From Epiperipatus broadwayi (lineage: Eukaryota > Animalia > Onychophora), in the NCBI GenBank assembly GCA_028023455.1, contig JAQFVV010000002.1:16864001-16928000 (forward strand): a DNA stretch of 64,000 bases, in the 5' to 3' direction. Shown here one piece after another: positions 49,383 to 62,395 of this stretch. Within the stretch, counting starts at the first letter, position 1. Every line of letters starts with the position of its first letter. Below the pieces are notes generated by a model, which worked only from the letters and a program-made list of their open reading frames with translations, ran no database searches and was not told the origin of the DNA. The position numbers and the translations under genes were made by a program.

Positions 49383-50994
49383 CTAGATATAAAAAAATGT
49401 AAACAAATGCAATAGACATTTTTACTATTAAAAAAAACATCAATCTCTATCTATCAACTTATCTATCTATCTATTTATAAGAATAATAACTAAACCAAGT
49501 AAACACCAAAATAAAATAAATGGAAGAAATCTTTTTAAAAAAATTTCTATGTATATATTTATGTATGTTGTCTGCTCAAAGGTCAGTTAGGGTAACTAGC
49601 ACCAGGTAGTATTGTTTTTGACATTACACCAGTTCATCAGTTCAAAAGATTAGAAAAGTGACAGTCATTTTATTCACATAGAAACAATATAATATTAACA
49701 TTCTTTTTTCTTCTCACAGAATAAACTTTTGCTTTTTGTTTCTATTATTATTATTGTCTATTTAAGAATTCTATATTTTTTATAATATAACTTTTGAAGT
49801 CTTTAAAACTTTCATGCTTATTAAAATATTTATCTGGTTTTAAATCCATAGAGAGGCTTTTATGGGATCTTCTTTTCTTTCTAAGTAACCCCTAGACAAA
49901 GAACTATTACCAATTACTTGAGTTTAAAGATGGTAATACTAGTTGATAGTTATCTAGCAATACTTTGCTAATAGGTTTCTCTAGTTATTACATGTAATAA
50001 TAATCTCATTCATTCTATTGTTTACATTATAATATTCAACAACTACATGATATATCTCTGCTACATGTGATTACTATTTTTTCACCTAGTTGAAGATAGT
50101 GTTATCAAAATGATATATTTATTTTATTAAATGTGGTTGCTTCCTAAACATATCTTAAACATCTTTTGCCTGTGAGAACATTCTTTTCAATATAATATGA
50201 TTGTACAAATAAAATATAATTGGAGAGATAAATTCCTAACCTAAATGTGTTATGATAATAAATGTCAATATTTAAATTTGTTTAGCTGTCCATATAATAA
50301 TTTGGAAATGAATGAAAACAATTCATTTTTCATTCATTACACCACAACTTTGATACTAGAGTAGAGGAAAATGCATTAAATATCACAGTGCATTTGAGTT
50401 AGAAATTTATCTCTGATATATTTCATGTTATTTGTGGTGTTTAATTTACCTTTCATATATAGATATATTAATTTAATATTTTAATGAGGTTAAAGATCAT
50501 GAAAACATTTGTAATAAATGGAACAATTCTATTTTAAAATATAACTAAAATTTCCAGCTGTGATATTTCCAAGACAATAAATAATTAAAACTAATTGTGC
50601 AAGACATTGTCAGCTATTTTTGGTTAGTCAAGACCAGAAATTATATATAATGCTAAAAGGATTCTGAAACAGTATTAAAGTGCATAGTTAATTTATTATT
50701 ATATTATATATATTAAAGTGTTATCTAACAATAGATCAGCTTAAATGAAAAGTCATTTAAAAATAGAGGTAATAGTCAATAATATATATACAAAATATAT
50801 TATGATTTCATTATTTTAATTATTGACTGCAAAATACCTTATATTAAATTTAACACAGAAACAGTGCCTCTAGCGGCCATTGTGTACGTAGGGTTAGACT
50901 ACCAATTTAAAAACTAAAAATCCAAAGAGTGAGAAATTATTTAAGTTGATGAATCAAAATCAGGGTTCTTTAGTACTTTCCATACCTTTCCAAC

Positions 50995-51340
50995 CAATGA
51001 TGTATATTTCAGAAATTAAAAATAATATTATTTAATTTTTTTGTAAATTTAAAATTAATAGACGACATCAGGTACTTCTCTCGACTTAATGCGAATCTGG
51101 CATTAATGACGATGTTGGAGAATAACTTAAAAGGTGCTATATTACGCCATTTTTAGTCGAATTTATAATACAATATATTTCAGAATTTAAAAACTATCAA
51201 AAGTAATTAATTGTAATTTTTATAATTGCAGATGAATTTACAAAAAAAATTTGCTTATAATATATTTCAGAAATTAAAAATAATATTAATTAATTGTACT
51301 TTTTATAATTGCAGAAGAATTTACAAAATAATATACGTCG
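50995..51340. repeat. Degenerate tandem repeats (about 90 nt)
   Basis: tatatttcagaaattaaaaataatatta occurs 3 times and ttttataattgcaga.gaatttacaaaa twice. Confidence 0.6.
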
Positions 51341-51933
51341 AAATGACATTATTTATTAGAAACAAAAATGAAAATTACTTACAAATAGCGTTCACCGTGG
51401 TGGACTGATGACAGAATGAAAAAATCAGTCTGAAGCCATGAGTAGCAAAATCACAAAAGATAGACAAATGTCAAAATTTCCCAAAGCTCTCTCCGATTTT
51501 TAAATCTCATGGGTCAAAAAACCCAAAAATTGACTCTCACATGGATTAATCATGCCAGTATCTTGGTTGCCATGACAAAGTTGTCATGTTATGATCGATG
51601 ATGTCTACCGGAAGGAAAATTGGTAGGTGTAATACATCATCGGTTAAATAATACTAAAGTACCAAAATCAGTATTAAAAATTATTTGTTATATGTTTCTA
51701 ATGATGTTCAAGCACCAAAATGATAATGAAGACATATAAAACATTCAATTTACTAAAGCTTATGCATTCTCACTAAGGAATCAAACTATGAATTTCAGTT
51801 TTCAAACTTTTCACTCTTATCACTAGGTCAATTATAAAAATTTACTGTATTTTACACTTCAAAATAAAATTGCCCAGAAATTTTAAATCATTAAAAAAAA
51901 ATTTTTTTTAATTATATGCACTGATTTTTATTT

Positions 51934-51987
51934 AACCACTAAACATCACATGGCACTAATGTATGGAGAGTTTTGCCTGTTTTAATA
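51934..51987. mobile_element. R454 family copy F, mini-insertion
   Basis: Inverted terminus aaccactaaacatcacatg plus direct gcacta..gtatggagagttttgcctg; imperfect TSD gcactgatttttattt/gcaatgatttttaatt. Confidence 0.8.
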
Positions 51988-52061
51988 GCAATGATTTTTA
52001 ATTTTAACTTCTTATTCCATATGATGTTAAGATCAATTTTTTGATGATTTCTCAGAAAGTC

Positions 52062-52145
52062 TTTTTTTTCCCATATGTCAAAGTATCGACCAGGAAGCGA
52101 ACCCACAAACCCGGGACAACTGCTTGTGAGGCAGCTCTTCTCTAA
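52062..52145 (-). mobile_element. tRNA-derived SINE, 5'-truncated
   Basis: - strand reads ..gctgcctcacaagcagttgtcccggg..gggttcgcttcctggtcgatactttgacatatgg-An. Confidence 0.8.
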
Positions 52146-52823
52146 CTGATATTTGATTAGATGGTGATGTTCATTCAAGTAATAACAAAATACTTCCCAT
52201 TAATTCTGAATTTGACAAGTTATAATTGCCTATCATTTTAAATGGCATAGAATTAACAGGATCACAGGAAAAATTAGAAATAATTGAGATATAGTTAACT
52301 TGCCTAAAGTTTGATGTAAAGCAGAAAAAAATAGATTGAAAGGTAAATATATATTATAAGAAAATAACTAAAAATATAGAAATAAACAACTGGCTCAGAA
52401 GTATTCTCATAATTAGTAACTGAAGTTAATAAATTACCAAAGTGCTTGGCTATATTCTTACTGGCAGGTTAACTGTTTTAGTTACATGTTCAGGTTATAT
52501 CCATTTTTATTTTATCCAGAAATCAATTAATTAAATTCTATAGAACCAAACTATAAAATTAAAAGTCAGTGCAGTTAATGAAACATTACAAAAGAAGAAA
52601 ATTCCCCCACACATCTAAGCAATTTTTTAGTAACTATAAATATAGGAATAACAAAATATCACATTAACTGCTTATACAATATTTTTATGTAGCACATCTA
52701 TTAATTACATGAGCTTATACTAGGTGGCAGAACTGTAGAGAGAAAAATAGATTTGCTGTATACAACTATGAATAAAATTTTCAAAAGAATGCTATTTTTA
52801 TTTTTCATTTAAAATGATTAATA

Positions 52824-53055
52824 ATATATATATATGTTCTGTGCACGGATAATGAAGCTATTAAATGTAAGTAAAATTATCAAAAGTTACCGCCAAGCAC
52901 TTTGGGACATGCATTAATATTACAGTTCTTAACTAAAGACAAGTTGCCATGAATATAGGACTACAAACTGTCCCGAAAGCGCTTGGCGGTAACTTTTGAT
53001 AATTTTACTTACGTTTAATAGCTTCATTATCTGTGCGCAGAGCACATATATATTA
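52824..53055. repeat. Foldback (MITE-like) element with TA-rich ends
   Basis: About 95-bp near-perfect arms: atatgttctgtgcacggataatgaagctattaaa...gttaccgccaagc..tt.gggaca. Confidence 0.9.
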
Positions 53056-53344
53056 ATTGATTTCAAACGCTAATGAAGTAAAGCCTTAACTAGTAAAATG
53101 ATTATATATTGTTATATTATATCACCGATTTATTCCGTAAAGCAGTTTACTTTAACAACTTTGCCACTGTCACGTGTTCACCAAATCTCTCGATAGTATT
53201 GCAAAATAGATATTCTATAATTAGCAGCAACATCATCAACCCCCAGCTGATTTATAATAAAACATATTGAATAATTATAACAGAACAAGTTTTTAACTTT
53301 TTTATTTAGACTTGAAATTATTACGATTTAAATAAATGGATTAA

Positions 53345-54202
53345 TTATAAATTTTATTAAATGCACATTATTATATTAAGTAATATTTACTAAGCCTGTA
53401 ACCTTATAAATAAGTGTCTGAAAAATTCGAAGGTAGGGACCTCTACAGGTCTTAGCCACAAGCTTACACTCAGAAGAAAAGAGGGAAACCTTCTTTACTT
53501 CAACTTACTTTTATATATGAATAGGTGAAGCTGAAGTGGTTAGATCTAAGAGTGTGAAGCTATTCAATACTTCACTAATTAAGTCCACAATTCTTATTAT
53601 ACATTAATACTCGCGAAATCTTATGATTTACAACGAGTCAATGGAAAGATCTTATAGTAAGAAATCTATTACGATAATTTAAAGTTGTTATTATAAATTT
53701 TATTAAACGCACATTATTATATTAAGTAATATTTACTAAGGCTGTAACCTTATGAATAAGCGTCTGAAAAATTCGAAGGTAGGGACCTCTACAGGTCTTA
53801 GCCACAAGCTTACGCTCAGAAGAAAAGAGGGAAACCTTCTTTACTTCAACTTACTTTTATATATGAATAGGTGAAGCTGAAGTGGTTAGATCTAAGAGTG
53901 TGAAGCTATTCAATACTTCACTAATTAAGTCCACAATTCTTATTATACATTAATACTCGCGAAATCTTATGATTTACAATGAGTCAGTGGAAAGATCTTA
54001 TAGTAAGAAATCTATTATGATAATTTAAAGTTGTAATTATAAATTTTATTAAACGCACATTATTATATTAAGTAATATTTACTAAGGCTGTAACCTTATG
54101 AATAAGCATCTGAAAAATTTGAAGTAAAGAAGGTTTCCCTCTTTTCTTCTGAGCGTAAGCTTGTGGCTAAGACCTGTAGAGATCCCTACCTTCGAATTTT
54201 TC
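53345..54202. mobile_element. S-family element: 2.2 head-to-tail 346-nt units plus inverted arm
   Basis: gcacatt at 53363, 53709 and 54055; inverted arm 54121-54202; exact 13-bp TSD ataaatggattaa (53332-53344, 54203-54215). Confidence 0.92.
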
Positions 54203-54496
54203 ATAAATGGATTAAATAAAAGTTTATAAATTTTATGTAAAATCTTATATTTCCAATAATTTTATTTTCATAAACTATTAACATAATGGTGAAATAATTA
54301 TGTACTTTGTTTTGCTGTAACTAATTTTGGATTAAAGTTTAACATTTCACTGAAAATATAAAAATACAATTTTTATTTTATTAAATAAAAACAAATTGTA
54401 TAAAACTGTAATAAATGTAATACAACTAAATATTTAAGATAAAGAGACAAAAATTATATTGCAACATAGGTAATAACAAAAAACAAATATAAATAC

Positions 54497-54618
54497 CATG
54501 ATCTTTGTACAAGACATATGGAGAAAATAAGTAGCAGAAATAATCCTAAAGATGCAGTAAGACCAATAGCAATAGCTTGCCACGTGATGGTTACTGGGGG
54601 GTCTGGTACTTTATTTAA
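54497..54618 (-). CDS. Cad87A: Cad87A-like cadherin, transmembrane exon
   Basis: aatttatttag|TTA AAT...TCA TG|gtattt gives LNKVPDPPVTITWQAIAIGLTASLGLFLLLIFSICLVQRS, a single TM helix; phase 0-2. Confidence 0.9.
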
Positions 54619-55702
54619 CTAAATAAATTATAAACATATATTTATAAATATATATTATAATGACATCAACTGTTTATACTTCTATACGAATGTAATAAAT
54701 GTAATAAGTGCACTTACATGCAACTATATATGTGCATAATAATGGAAGATAGTAAAAAAAGCCATAAATTTGTTAAACATGCAAAAAAAAAAGTGATAAC
54801 ATTTTTAGTTGTGATTCAAGAGAAATTTTATTATCTGTCAGACTCTAGTGGTAACAAAACATTGAAAATTAATAAAATAATTTTCAAAGTATATAAATAA
54901 TTATAATTTAAAGAGAGGATCCTTTCAGGAATAGTCTAACAATATATTATATAAAAATTCAAACATACTATTAATCTAACAACTTTATTAATCCTAATTA
55001 AGTAAAAGGATAGTGTAGTTTAGGGATCTCTTTTAAAAATATTAAAATAAAGGGATGCTAGAATCAAATTTGAGCTTTATCCAATCATTATGCTATCCTG
55101 CATATAAATTAATACTGCAATGTAAACAACCAATTAGAAATATATGAAACAATGACATGAAATAAGCAATTGATAAAATAAGTATTTAAGAATAAGATAA
55201 AGTATAAAAATATATACATATGATTTGGAATTAATTGTTTTCAAAATGATAATGTTTGTATGTATTTTTCAAAATGGCATTGGATTCTTTGTGAATAGTA
55301 CAGTACATATATGTTCATGTTTTTCTGCCTTGTAATCACTATATTAAAACCAATCTCACATAAGAGTTAAAAATACAATCTGCTCTTGTTATTAATAGCA
55401 GATATTATTTTCCAATAACAACTCTAAAAGAATAATACACTAACAAAAATGTTAGTGTTATTTATTTTAGCTAATGAAATTTCTTAAAGATGATTAATCT
55501 GTCTCATCTACTATTGGAAGAACAAATTCTCTATTATCTTTATAACTCTTGATCATCTTCTCTCACATCTAACTTATGACCTTCAAAAGATAATAAATCA
55601 TAAAAACAAGTAAAAAGAAAAGACAAGTCAAAATAGAAGAAAAACATAAAATAATAAAGGAAAAAATACTGCACTATCTTATAAGAATTTATCTAAGAAG
55701 GG

Positions 55703-55820
55703 GTTCCCCTCTTTTCTTCCGAAGAGTAAGCTTGTGGTTTAAGATCTGTAGAGGTCCCTACTATCGCATTTTTATACTTTTATATGCATGTGCTTGAGGC
55801 TACAGCCTTAATGAATATTA
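55703..55820 (+). mobile_element. S-family 3' fragment (relative of the 346-nt subfamily)
   Basis: aaggggttcccctcttttcttc..taagcttgtgg..aaga.ctgtagaggtccctac; ctaagaaggg duplicated at 55693-55702 and 55821-55830. Confidence 0.75.
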
Positions 55821-56192
55821 CTAAGAAGGGAAAGTAAAAATTAGTATACATTTTAATATAAGTATATTCAATATATAAAAAAAAGAAGACACAGCAATAA
55901 CAGGTTTTGTATTCTCTTATTGTGAACTCATAAGACAATAATAACAAATGTGTTTTATAAAAAGAAAGACTGCTTTTACTTTAAATTTTTTTACTAACAA
56001 TTAATAACACTGTAATATTATAAATATAAGAATCTTACAGGCAAAAACAAATTTACTATATAGATAAATTTATTTGTGTTAGTGAAATAATTCATTTTAA
56101 TAGATTATTAAATAACAGTTTAGTTTAATATTTTCACAATTCTTATAATATTAGAATACAAGTATAATTTAATATACTTTGAAATTAGATGT

Positions 56193-56307
56193 AATTGTAG
56201 AGGATTTGAACACAGACTTTCAAGCATGTGGTCATATGTATCAGTTGTATGAGATGGAATTGATAGCTGAAAGGTGCTTGAAAGTCTGTGTTCAAATCCT
56301 CTACAAT
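56193..56307. repeat. Foldback element
   Basis: aattgtagaggatttgaacacagactttcaagca / tgcttgaaagtctgtgttcaaatcctctacaatt, perfect 34-bp arms. Confidence 0.9.
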
Positions 56308-57799
56308 TCTTATACTAATAAATTAAAATGTATTATTTTTATAGTTATATAAATCATAAAATCATGTAATCAAACATCTGAGTCACTCAATTATCAAACA
56401 CATTTGAAATGTAATTTCTGTAATATACCTAACCAACTTATGTATTAACTAGCATATCAGTTATTAACAAAAAGCATAAATTCATCTCATCACCAACTTA
56501 TTATTTCTATACAATATTACTTTGTTCAATCACTTTTTTTATGCATTGATTGATCATGAAAAAAAAATGTATATAAAGACTAAAAAAAAGATGCAAAAAG
56601 TCTATTTTAAAAATGACCAATCAGAGCATTTATGTCAAAGCTATTTATCATTTTTCACATACTGCATTTCATTAATTTACCTCACATGAGAACTTAATAT
56701 GGATCTCTCACAATGTCTTAAATATAGTTTAAGACTTCAGTTGCAACTCTGTTACTATTTCAACAGTACCTGTTAATTTTTTCATTCATGCATTTCACTT
56801 CTGATTCCTCTTTGTTATTCCCAACAACATATTTCTTTTCATACTTTACTGTATAGAAGTCATAATTCTCTATCATTTTTACTCTCAGCCACATCCACCT
56901 ACTAAAAGCAATTCTTATTGTACCTTTTTAAAGACTTTTTAAAATGTTCTTTACAATGTTAATAAGATCTATCTTTCCAATACATATATAATAAATATTA
57001 AATTCACACAGCATTTGTGTCTGCAAAATGAATTAGTCTTGGATTAACCTCCCTCTAGCTGTAAAATAATTAAACAAATCTTCATCAGTAAAATAAAAAA
57101 TGAGTGGATCATCTATTCTCTGCACTTTTGATGATAAAAAGTTTAAGTTGATTAGAAATTATATTATTCCAGATATAAATATGGCATCATTAATTATGAA
57201 ATCATAATTAATTGTCAATGGATAAAAATTGAATCTCTTTTTTAGTAAGTTTCACATTGACAATCAAGTAGAAATAAAATAGTAAATATTAAATTGACAC
57301 AACATTCATGAGTATGAAATAAATTAGAATTGAATAAACTCTTTCTAATTGTAAAATAATTGAGTGAATTCAGCATTTTTACACCATAAACTAACAAATA
57401 GAAAATCCCTGACTATTTTTTGTGATTTTGATGATAATAAATTAAGTTTTCTATTATGAAATTTTGGAGTAGAAATAATATTTATGCCAAATATAAATAT
57501 GGATATTAATTTAGGAAGTCATAATTAATTAAACCAAGAATAAAGCCTGGGTTTCATTTTTAATAACATTTGAATTGACAACCAATTACAAGTCAAATAA
57601 TATTTATTAAATATTTATTTTGCGGCTAGATGTAGCTTATCAACACAAATTTATTTTATATATGTGAATGCCGTGCAAATTGAATATTTATTCTTTGATT
57701 TTATAATTGATTATCAATTAATAATGTCATATTTATAGCAGACAAAAATATTCTTTTCATTCTCAAATTTCAACATAGTTAGTAAACTTAGTTTATTAC

Positions 57800-58160
57800 C
57801 ACCAAAAGCATAAAGAATAGATGAGTTTATTCTATTCTTCAGTTTCTTATTATAAAGGTGATGGATTTGTTTAGTTATTCCACAATTAGATAGACTTTAG
57901 TCACCAGGAAAAGAAAAAAAATTTAAAGAAGCCTGGTTTATCACTAATAACACCCATGTGATAAATAAGACTCTTGAATAGTCTTGTCCCAGAAGTGGTA
58001 TATGTAAATTATATATTTGCTTACCAATCAGTAAATTACATATTGACCAGCAAATATCAAGATCATGTTTTCTTCAATATTAACACCAGTTGATCTAAAA
58101 AACTGAAGTTCTGTGATTATGACATCCCTTCCCCTGGGTCAAAAGCATTGCTCAGCAAAT
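57800..58160 (+). mobile_element. Possible PLE GIY-YIG C-terminal relic
   Basis: RKRKKFKEAWFITNNTHVINK resembles the KRxxKEAxxI...IN end of PLE endonucleases; a very decayed HHR-like segment lies at about 58110-58160. Confidence 0.45.
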
Positions 58161-58855
58161 TATTTATTTAATTATCTAACAGAATGTAATCTTTTCTTGT
58201 ATTAGCGTATTAATGTTATTCGTAGAATTACATATAATAAAATTATATGCATATAATTTAATGTTATGAAATATAATAATTGAAAATGAAATCACTTAAA
58301 AATTTAGCAAATAACATAAATAATAAAGTAAGATAGTAAAATATAATAGTAAACATTTATTACATATTTTTAAAAAGTTATATTAAGAGTTATTAATTTT
58401 AACAAGATATTTATAGTCAATAAAAATGACAATACAAAGAGTGAAAGCTCTTAAAAATTAAAAAAAAATAATTTAAGAAATAAAATTAGGAACATAAAAA
58501 TATTAGATAGAGAAAATTTTATCACTGAAAATAAGGAACAAAAAAATAATCTCAGAGAAAGAAATATTTTGAAAGATATAATTGAAAAAAAAATAGCAAA
58601 ACAAAATAGGCAAAAAAGCTTAGATAAGCTTCAAAAAGTAATAATTTTTATTTATTTTTTAAAAACTTATCTACTGATTTAGTACAAAAAATGAGTATAC
58701 ATTAAAAAAAAACCTAAAATTTAAAGCAGATTATTTATAATTTATATAATGATTATAATATTTTCCTATTTATTTTTGATATTTTCTTATTTTAATAGGA
58801 TCTTAATGTTATCTTTATATAACAGAAAATATAATCAATTTATACAAAGACTTAC

Positions 58856-58922
58856 CCCTGTTGAGTGAATTTGAAGCAATGAATTGAGTTCATATAAAAG
58901 GTTATCACTTTTGTCAATCATA
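58856..58922 (-). CDS. Cad87A: Cad87A-like cadherin, membrane-proximal extracellular exon
   Basis: tttatttattttag|T ATG ATT...ACA GGG|gtaagt gives (N)MIDKSDNLLYELNSLLQIHSTG; phase 2-0. Confidence 0.88.
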
Positions 58923-59174
58923 CTAAAATAAATAAAAATATAAAACTAGTTTTTTTTAATTTATAAAATCATGTTACATTTAATGGTAATTTACCAATTA
59001 CATAGTCTGAAAACTGCAAATTGCAATATATATTTATAAGTAGGTAGTTTCTTGTGGGAGAGGATATTTTTTTTATTATAAAACATATATATATATATTA
59101 TTACACAGAAGTTCTCAGAAATAATACTGTGAATTCATCATTTATCCATGAAAATATGAGAATTAATATATATA

Positions 59175-59597
59175 TATAAAGTAATGTTGTTTATCAAATT
59201 TTTTGTGGATGTATATTATCATATATAGGTGAACCCAATTGCAGTATTGAGAAAAGATTAAAGGAGCATCAATTATTATACAAGTGTGTAAAAAGTAATA
59301 ATAATAATTTAATGACTGTTTCAGTTCTCTTGGATCTTAAAAGGACATGTAAATATAAATTTACGTTTGATTTTGAAAATGTTAAGATTCTTCATGAAGA
59401 GGCAAATCACAATAAAAGCAAAATTAAGGAAACAATCTTCATAAATAAAAATAAAATGAATATAATTAATAGACAAGCCACTAATGTTAAAATTCAGGAA
59501 TCCTGGGATGTGAGTTGATGGATGATTGCTTCCTTTATGTTTTTTGAATTTAACAGTAGTTGAAGAGGTTTAAGTAATTAACAGAAAATATTTCTGC
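59175..59597 (+). mobile_element. Penelope-like element 3' fragment (GIY-YIG plus HHR), homologous to the 5806 element
   Basis: NVVYQ..CGCILSYIGE...IEKRLKEH...FDFENVKILHEE.NHNKSKIKETIFI...INRQATNVKIQESWD. Confidence 0.9.
59556..59597 (+). ncRNA. PLE 3' hammerhead, U3-G8 core
   Basis: gtag TTGAAGA g gtt taagtaatt aac a GAAA a ta t T t ctgc; palindromic ATAT stem/loop III. H17 is U, so possibly weak. Confidence 0.65.
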
Positions 59598-62109
59598 AGG
59601 TTGAAAGATACCACACTTAATTATATTAAAAACATGGGAGTAAACATCAAAATTACCCTTGATAATTAATATTGTATTTGAGAGCGAATTCAGTCATTTT
59701 CACAAACATATATGAATATACTCATATTAAATAAGTGAATGGTTTTTTAGATCATGTCATATTTGAGTACCAGAAGTAACTAACTGAACACTTATTTCTT
59801 GAATCTGTTACTTTATCACTGTACAAAATTTCATAAGATCAGAGAAGTAGTAATAAATTTTTTTGATACTCTAAAAGAAAAAAAAATTTTATTGTGTATT
59901 TTTACTAGTTTATTTTTGTATAAAATTCATTATTCACATATTATTGTTGTTATTGTCTCCTATTAAAAATCAACTTGTTTTATTTTTTTAAAATATTAAT
60001 TGACATAATTTATCTTTACATAAAATCATAACATTTTTTAAATTCATGTTACATATTTAGTTTTCATTTTTGAAAGTCATGTAACTTCAAGGTTTACCGT
60101 GAAGCTGCAATATACTGCATCAATATATCAATGTTTCATGTATGCTTTTTACAAAAAAATGTAAATAAACTAAAAAACCATTAAAATTCATAAATTTAAT
60201 ACATTTTACAATTTGGGAGAAATCATATTTCAATCTCAGAATGCCACATTCAAACATGTTTATTAAAAAAGTTTCTTTGGCTTCATTGAAAGTATATATA
60301 TTTTATTCTTCTGAATTTGATTTACAGTATTCCACATACATTCTAAAAGTTTAACAAACTTTATCAAAGTAACTGGATGGGGCAAGTCAGCTTATAACAA
60401 AACTGTTTATATGTTTTCATAGGGAAAAAAAGGTTATTAAAGAAAAACAATTGTGCACAGAACATATTTAATTGTGATGAAAATCAGAATTTTACTAGTC
60501 ATTTTATTTAAAAATAAAAATTTGGTACGGTATTTTATTATTATTATTCTTTGAGTGAATATAAATAAGTGAATGCATACTCATTAAACATATATGCAAA
60601 TGTGTCTCTTCAATTTATAATTAATAACAATTTCATTATTATTTTTTAAGTTTGTTTATAGTATAATATTATAAATATAAAAACGCACTTGTTTTATATA
60701 TGCTCTGTTGAAAAGTACAATAGACTTGCAGTTTGGGAACTATTTATTCTATTGTAATCAAAGCTTATAAACAAATGTGAACTATTGTGCAAGGATATGA
60801 GAAAAAAATATAACTATCATTGTTATCTTCAATGTGAGCAGACCAAAAAAATAGATAAATATCCAATGATAACGATATTAAATTCATCATAGTTCGAAAA
60901 ATTGAGACATTATTAATTAATGTAGGCAACAAAATTAAAATTGTTTATTTATCTAGAATAAGTAATGAAATTAAACAAAAGAAAGAAATTACTATGAAGA
61001 TAAATGATTTTATCAATCCTACATGAATAAAATATATTTAATCTTTAAGTGAAAATTCAGTATATATACAGAATTTCCACAGCCAGTTAAAATGTTTTAG
61101 ATAATTTTCTAAGTAAACTCACAATCTCAACAATGAAAATTGCTTAGAGGTAATAATTTTTCTGTTAAAACATATAATTATAGAATAATAATAATACAGC
61201 CATGATATTGTGTTTTATTTCTATTGCCCTCCTTATTTTGTTAGAATTTAATATTTTGTATGTCAAAATAATTAGAACATGGTAACCAGTGAAAAAAGAA
61301 TGTAATATTTGAAGTTTATTCCATTGAGTTAACAATGAATAATTTCCAGTAAGATATTGGGGCATATTAACCTTTAATGATGATTATCATGTTAGAAATT
61401 ATCATACATATCTGTAAATAGTTATCACTTTATCCATCATTGTGTTAATAATTTGTAGTCATAATGTATAGATAACATATATATTTCATATGATGGTATT
61501 ATAAAACCATGAAGGTGTGTTAAGATAATATGTAAATCACGTGAATTTTTTGAATTGTTATAATATCTTGACAAGGTTCATTTTTGAACAAAAAACGATT
61601 AGATGTTAATAAATTTATTATTTAAATATATAGTTGTCATATAAATTGATTATATTTCATTTCAGAGAATAATATATATATATAAGTTTACATTCAATAT
61701 TTTATTAATATTTTATGAATGTATTATTCCAATTAGTGAATCATTATTAACTTTGAATCAGTTGACAACTTGTTAATTTTATTTTTTGGCATTCACATAT
61801 ATATTTATCAGGCGTATTGAATTAAGCAACCATTTTAAAACTCTGGTAAAACTTTTAGAATGCTATAACGAACAATAAATTCCATTCAGGTGTTGTTTTA
61901 AAACCTCTCAAAAAAAATTAGGTTTGTCCTCCAGGGTAAACATCGGATTTTTTATTTACTTACCCTCTGCTCATATTAATTTCTCTAAAGCATCCTCAAT
62001 ATATATATACTGCATATTTTATATAAAAATGTAGCACTTATAAATTGACTGATATACATACAAAAACAAAAGAATAATTATAAAAAAAGAAAACCAATTT
62101 AATATCATA

Positions 62110-62395
62110 GACTCAGGTCACGTGATTATAATATCAATAAAAAAGCAACACACATAAATCTGAAAATTTGACAAAACAGATATGAGATCGCATAATAATA
62201 ATAAAAAAAAGGCCAAATAGATCGCATAATAAAAAAGAAAGCCAAATTACTATGTGATCGATTTTGGCTTTCTTTTTTATTATGCGATCTATTTAGCTTT
62301 TTTATTAATATTATGCGATCTCATATCTGTTTTGTCGAATTTTCAGATTTATATGTGTTGCTTTTTATTGATATTATAGTCACGTGACCAGAGTT
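62110..62395. repeat. Foldback element with GTCACGTGAC ends; end motif repeated at about 62457
   Basis: About 135-bp arms containing the internal repeat agatcgcataata; agtca.gtgacc.agttctaaattt duplicated at about 62378 and 62457. Confidence 0.88.

Noticed and set aside
50864-50882. CTCF-like motif gtgcctctagcggcca (similar gccctctagctgcca in the 45130 element)
   Set aside because: Partial match by eye only; cannot be supported without PWM scoring or ChIP data.
51404-51440. CTGATGA...GAAA...GTC hammerhead candidate
   Set aside because: Stems II and III do not pair; the segment folds as a simple gactgat/atcagtc hairpin.
52709-54349. Candidate - strand micro-exons 54306-54349 and 52709-52732 after the TM exon
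   Set aside because: Exon 49342-49382 joins the TM exon in phase and gives the expected basic juxtamembrane motif; these give no recognisable sequence.
56770-56898. Open 129-nt - strand segment with AG/GT ends (WMWLRVKMIENYDFY...)
   Set aside because: Phase 2-2 cannot be inserted between flanking cadherin exons that join in phase 0; no family motif.
36-61365. Most short ORFs in the supplied track and any prokaryotic-type system (CRISPR, operons)
   Set aside because: Low-complexity F/I/L/K-rich chance ORFs or antisense to TE relics; no regularly spaced repeat-spacer array; the DNA has spliceosomal gene structure.
61964-62009. - strand segment with strong gtaagt donor, first read as a start exon (MSRG)
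   Set aside because: Stops in all frames; exon 63257-63319 joins 58922 in phase with family-typical sequence.
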